In this document: in pieces, positions 58,719 through 64,000 of the stretch
How the letters are laid out: each line of letters starts with the position of its first letter
How positions within the stretch are numbered: the first letter of the stretch is position 1
NCBI RefSeq assembly: GCF_009914755.1
Contig: NC_060927.1
DNA from: the human T2T-CHM13v2.0 reference genome, Homo sapiens
DNA: 64,000 bases
Strand: one strand, 5' to 3'
The notes under the pieces: model-generated
The model's input: only the letters and a program-made list of their open reading frames with translations
What the model was told of the DNA's origin: nothing
The model's database searches: none
Position numbers and translations under genes: made by a program

Positions 58719-60991
58719 TATACTAGACTTTACTCACGATGCTGATAAAGGCATACCTGAGACTGGGAGAGAAAAAGAAGTTTAATTGGACTTTACAGTT
58801 CCACATAGCTGGGGAGGCCTCAGAATCATGGTGGGAGGCAAAAGGCACTTTTACTTGGTAGAGGCAACAGAAAATGAGGAGGAAGCAAAAGCAGAACCCC
58901 CTGATAAACCCTTCAGATTTTGTGAGACTTATTCACTATCATGAGAATAGCATAGGAAAGCCTGGCCCCCATGATTCAATTACCTCCCCATGGGTCCCTC
59001 CCACAACACCTGAGAATTCTGGGAGATATAATTCAAGTTGAGATTTGGGTGGGGGACACAGCCAAACCATATCATTCCACCCCGGTCCTTCCAAATCTAA
59101 TGTCCTCACACTTCAAAACCAATCATGCCCTCCCAACAGTCTCCCAAAGTCTTATTTCAGCATTAATCCAAAAATCCACAGTCCAAAGTCTCATCTGAGA
59201 TAAGGCAAGTCCCTTCCACCTATGAGCCTGTAAAATCAAAAGCAAGCTAGTTACTTCTTAGATACAATGGGGGTACAGATGTTAGATAAATACAGCTATT
59301 CCAAATGGGAGAAATTGGCCAAAACAAAGGGGTTACAGGTCTCATGAAAATCCGAAATCCAGCAGGGCAGTAAAATTTAAAAGCTCCAAAGTGATCTCCT
59401 TTGACTCCATGTCTCACATCCAGGTTATGCTGATGTAAGAGATAGGTTCCCATGGTCTTGGACAGCTCCGCCCCTGTGGCTTTGCAGGGTACAGCCTCCC
59501 CCTGGCTGCTTTCATGGGATGGCGTTGAGCGTCTGCGGCTTTTCCAGGTGCACAGTGCAAGCTGTCAGAGAATCTACCATTGTGGGGTCTGGAGGACACT
59601 GGCCCTTTTCTCACAGCTCCACTAGGCAGTGCCCCAGTGGAGACTCTGTGGGGGCTCTGACCCCACATTTCCCTTCCACACTGACCTAGCAGAGATTCTC
59701 CAAGAGGGCCCTGCCCCTGCAGAAAACTGTCCCCTGGGCATCCAGGCATTTCCATACATCTTCTGAAATCTGGGTGGAGGCTCCCAAGCCTCAATTCTTG
59801 ACTTCTGTGCACCCACAGGATCAACACCACGTTGAAGCTGCCAAGGTTTGGGGCTTGAAACCCCTGAAACCATGAACCAAGCTGTACCTTGGCCCCTTTC
59901 AGCAATGGCTGGAGCAGCTGGGATGCAGGGCACCAAGTCCCTAGGCACACAACATGGGGACCCTGGGTCCCGCCTACAAAACCATATTTCCTCCTAGGAT
60001 TCTGGGTCTGTGAGGGGAAGGGCTGCCATGAAGACCTGTGACATGCTCTGGAGACGTTTTCCCCGTTGTCTTGTGGATTAACATTCGGCTCCTTGTTGCT
60101 TATGGAAATTTCTGCAGCCAGCTTGAATTTCTCCTCAAAAAATAGATTTTTCTTTTCCACTGCATCATCAGGCTGCAAATTTTCTGAACTTTTACGCTCT
60201 GTTTCCCTTTTAAAATGGAATGCATTTAATAGCACCCAAGTAACCTTTTGAATGCTTTGCTGCTGAGGAATTTCTTCAGCCAGATACCCTAAATCATCTC
60301 CCTCAAGTTCAAACTTCCGCATATCTCTAGGGCAGGGGCAAAATGCCACCAGCCTGTTTGCTAAAATATAACAAGAGTCACTTTGCTCCAGTTCCCAACA
60401 AGTTCCTCATCTCCATCTGAGACCACCTCAGCCTGGACCTTATTGTTCATATCACTATCGGCATTTTGGGCAAAGCTATTAAAAAGTCTCTGGAAAGTTC
60501 CAAACTTTTCCACATTATCCTCTCTTCTTCTGAGCCCTCCAAACTGTTCCAACCTTTGATTTTTATCTAGGTCCAAAGTGGCTTCCACATTTTTGGGTAT
60601 CTTTTCAGCAACACTCCACTCTACTGGTACCAATGTACTGTATTAGTTCATTTTCATGCTGCTGAAAAGACATACCTGAGACTGGGAAGAAAAAGAGGTT
60701 TAGTTGGACTTACAGTTCTATATGGCTGGGGAGGCCTCAGAATCATGGTGGGAGGTGAAAGGCACTTCTTACATGGCAGTGGCAACAGAAAATGCGGAGG
60801 AAGCCAAAGCACAAACTCCTGATAAACGCTTCAAATCATGTGAGACTTATTCACTATCAATGAGAATAGCATGGGAAAGACCAGCCCCCATGATTCAATT
60901 ACCTCCCCCTGGGCCCCTACTTAACATGAGGAAATTCTGGGAGACATAATTCAAGTTGAGATTTGGGTGGGGACACAGCCAAACCATATTA
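58719..60991 (-). mobile_element. Complete THE1C-type MaLR provirus (3' LTR 58719-59074, internal 59075-60638, 5' LTR 60639-60991)
   Basis: Two ~355-bp direct LTRs, 5-bp TSD ttgac (58714, 60992), and a THE1-int ORF remnant 'CPCPRD..FELE.DDLGYLAEEI..QQSIQ'. Confidence 0.93.
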
Positions 60992-61093
60992 TTGACAGAA
61001 TAAACAAATGTTAAATAAATGCATTCATTTATTCATTGTTTTAAATTCATCCTTAAAATGCATTCTACCCATACATAGATTGCAGGTGTGCAT

Positions 61094-61537
61094 TGTTAAA
61101 GCAAATTTAATATGGCCTGAGAAGGAATCTGTACTTCTATATTTGAGTCCTTGTGGGTGAATCATAACCTAGCTTAATAGGCAGACAAAATTGAAAACCT
61201 GACTTAGTAGCATGTGCCTGTAACAATAGCTGATTGTTGGACAATCCCAGCGGCCATACTTCAACCACTCATAGACTGCTGAGTGTTCAAACTGCATTCA
61301 AATAAGGCAAACACTGGGCTGTAACCAATTTCACTGTTTCTGTACCTCACTTCTGATTCCTGTACATCACTTTACCTTTTTTGTCTATAAATTTGTTCGA
61401 CCACGAGGCACCCCTGGAGTCTCTCTGAAACTGCTGTGATTCTGGAGGCTGCTCGATTCACATATTGTTTCTTTTTTTTGCTCAATTAAACTCCATCAAA
61501 TTTAACTTGTCTGAAGTTTTTTTTTTTTTTTTCAGCA
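61094..61537 (+). mobile_element. MER57-family solo LTR (ERV1)
   Basis: TG...CA ends; 'atatggcctgagaagga...tatatttgagtccttgtgg'; TATA-like 'ctataaa' at ~61385; flanks tgcat/tgcac. Confidence 0.8.
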
Positions 61538-62960
61538 TGCACCCCCAAATCTGGTTAAAATCACGTTTAACTCCTCATTCAGGAAAATTTTCTGAAATAT
61601 TTGCTGTTTTCATGTTCCAAAATAACATCACAGAGGTGGTGTTTCAGCATGCCATACTGTACACTGAAATTTAGTAATTAGGGCTAAAAATAATTCTCCC
61701 AACTCTTCATTTTCAAGTCACAAAATAATCATGACTTTTTCTTTAAATCACACTAAGAGTAAATACACTGACATTGACAAAGTTCAAAATGAACTCAAGT
61801 AATGTTAAAAGGTATAGAGTAATAGTAGTGTAGCTTTGTACTGTTAACCAATGTAATTGATGGTATAATTAGCCATGAGGAGAATCTGAGCAATTTATCT
61901 AGTGAAACTTGAGTCATAACTTGAGGAAACAACTGGAATATCGCTAGACTAAGAACAAATAAGCCTGCAAAATTATATGACTTCAATTAAGTTATATTTT
62001 TAACATGACAGCTCTTTGTATAACAGATTACTTTTCAAAAAGAAAATTCTAAACTCAAAATTCCTACATATTAAATTAGTTTGCTAGTTATTATAATTCC
62101 TAAAATACGTTCTTCTTGATGTAAATTAATTCCAAATTAGAATAAAACCAACTAAGAATTATAATATGCACTTCAAAAGACCACCTACCTTTGAAAATGT
62201 ACAATCATTTGCATTTCAATTTCTTAACTTAAACCTTAAGTAAATATTATTTGAATTTACTCTTACTTTGTTTTATTTACGTAATCACAACAGACACAAA
62301 TTTATCACACCACAGTTTCTGTGCGATTTTGGTATTATTTCTGACAGTAGTTGTGAGATTTGTTACCATATTTTAGCTAATAAATGCTGGGAATAGCTGA
62401 TATTCTTAAATTTGTCAACACAAATTTTTATGTGACCATTGCTTATTAAGTAGCAGAAGGAGTATAAAAACAATAAAAGACATATCACTTATCCTTAATG
62501 AACTTGCAAACTAACTGAAAGGAGAAAATAGTTATGTATGAGACAAACAGAACAGAGTAAAAATTGAAGCAATATATTCTCAAAATGAAAATGACCTGCA
62601 CATCTGCAAATGCTTTATCCAATTTTTAAAAAATCATTGTTATGTAGGTACTGGAAACATTTGATAAACATATGACTGAAAACTTTACATATGGAATGAG
62701 GAAAAATTAACAAGAAACAACACAAAAATTAAAATAAAATAAGAATTATTATGATATTATGCATGGTGACAGAGGGAGAAGTAGAGACCAAGTAATCAAA
62801 AGTACAAATAAAAGCACTGGGGAATCAAGGTGAAAACTGCATTCATCAGAATAAAAATGGGACATAATTAAAAGGGCAAAGTAAAGTTTAGAGAAAAAGA
62901 TACATAACAGGTTTACTACAATATAATAAGTATAAAGAAACATTTACAAAGCAGTAAGAA

Positions 62961-63240
62961 GGCCAGGTGCGGTGGCTCATGTCTGTAATCCCAGCACGTT
63001 GGAAGGCCGAGGTGGGCAGATCACTTGAGGCCAGGCGTTCAAGACCAGCCTGGCCAACATGGTGAAACCCTGTCTCTACTAAAAATACAAAAAATTAGTC
63101 AGGTGTGGTGGTGGACGCCTGTAATTCCAGATACTAGGGAGGCTGAGGCACAAGAATCGCTTGAACCCTGGAGGCGGAGATACAGTGAGCCGAGATCGCA
63201 TCCCTGCACTCCAGCCTGGGTGGCAGAAAGAAAAAATATA
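62961..63240 (+). mobile_element. Alu (AluS-like), last ~12 nt missing
   Basis: Dimer from 'ggccaggtgcggtggctc' to 'cctgggtggcaga' plus a short A tract. Confidence 0.9.
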
Positions 63241-63334
63241 AACTTCTTAACAGAATAGTAAAAATTAAAAATAAACCATTCACAGAAAAAATATAAACTG
63301 ACAGTAAAATGTGCTAAATATTTAGCTCTATTAG

Positions 63335-63701
63335 TTGGGTAAGCAGAATAATACCCTCCCTGCTGTAGGAGGTCGAAGTCGTAATCTCTGGAACCTGTAT
63401 ATGTGTTGAGTTGCATGGCAAGAGGTATTAAGTTTGCTGATGGTATTAAGGATGCCAAATAGCTGACCGTAAAATAAAGAGAGTATTCTGGATTACGTAG
63501 GCGCATACGTGTAATCAAGAGGGTCCTTAAAAGATAGGAGAGAAAGGCAGAAAAATCAGAATGTTGTGCTGTGAGAACTGAATGGGCCATTGCTGGGTTT
63601 GAAGATGAAAGAGAAGAAGCAGCTAGCAAAGTAGGCAGCCTTTAAAAGTCGGAAAGGACAAAGAAATGGATTGTCTTCTACCTAGAGCCTTCAGAAGAAA
63701 C
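63335..63701 (+). mobile_element. MLT1D/E-like MaLR LTR, interrupted by LTR12C
   Basis: 'taatctctggaacctgt...gtaatcaagagggtcctt...ccattgctgggtttgaagatg...ctagagccttcagaagaaac'. Confidence 0.75.
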
Positions 63702-64000
63702 TGAGAGGTGACAGCATGCTGGCAGTCCTCACAGCCCTCGCTCGCTCTTGCTCGCTCTCGGCGCCTCCTCTGTGGGACTTGAGGAGCCCTTCAGCCCACC
63801 GCTGCACTGTGGGAGGCCCTTTCTGGGCTCGCCAAGGCCGGAGCCGGCTCCCTCAGCTTGCGGGGAGGTGTGGAGGAAGAGGCGCGGGCGGGAACCGGGG
63901 CTGCGCGCGGCGCTTGCGGGCCAGCTGGAGTTCCGGGTGGGCGTCGGCTTGGCGGGCCCCGCACTCGGAGCAGCCGGCCCGCCCTGCCGCCCGGGCAATG
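63702..64000 (+). mobile_element. LTR12C (ERV9) 5' part, running off the window
   Basis: 'tgagaggtgacagc...cagccctcgctcgctc...gaggagcccttcagcccaccgctgcactgtggg'; CpG-dense. Confidence 0.92.

Noticed and set aside
63099-63998. 176-aa and 89-aa minus-strand ORFs
   Set aside because: Antisense readings through MLT1/Alu and the GC-rich LTR12C, with no independent coding evidence.

Overview
AT-rich, repeat-dense primate genomic DNA, most likely human: it has AluS/AluY, THE1, LTR12C and an L1 carrying the pre-Ta 'ACG' 3'UTR diagnostic. I find no supportable host protein-coding exon, tRNA/rRNA gene, CRISPR array or prokaryotic system. The recognisable ORFs are transposon-derived; the rest look like chance ORFs. 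The window is a stratified TE archive. It contains a full-length HSMAR2 mariner split by an L1PA8 that is itself split by a young L1HS-type (ACG/A) insertion with a 17-bp TSD, which creates an in-frame chimeric ORF2. It also holds a full-length Tigger1 inside an L1MC4-like element, a twin-primed L1PA16-like element, a near full-length L1PA8A-like element with no poly(A) tail or TSD, a complete THE1C provirus, several solo LTRs, ten Alus and the 5' end of a CpG-rich LTR12C. The least explained features are three ~165-200-bp insertions: an inverted local copy within an L1MA, a direct local copy within an MLT1A LTR, and an orphan GC-richer insert with AATAAA and a cUUCGg hairpin. I found no convincing previously undescribed biological system. 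Subfamily names come from recalled consensus sequences, not a database search, and boundaries of old elements are approximate.
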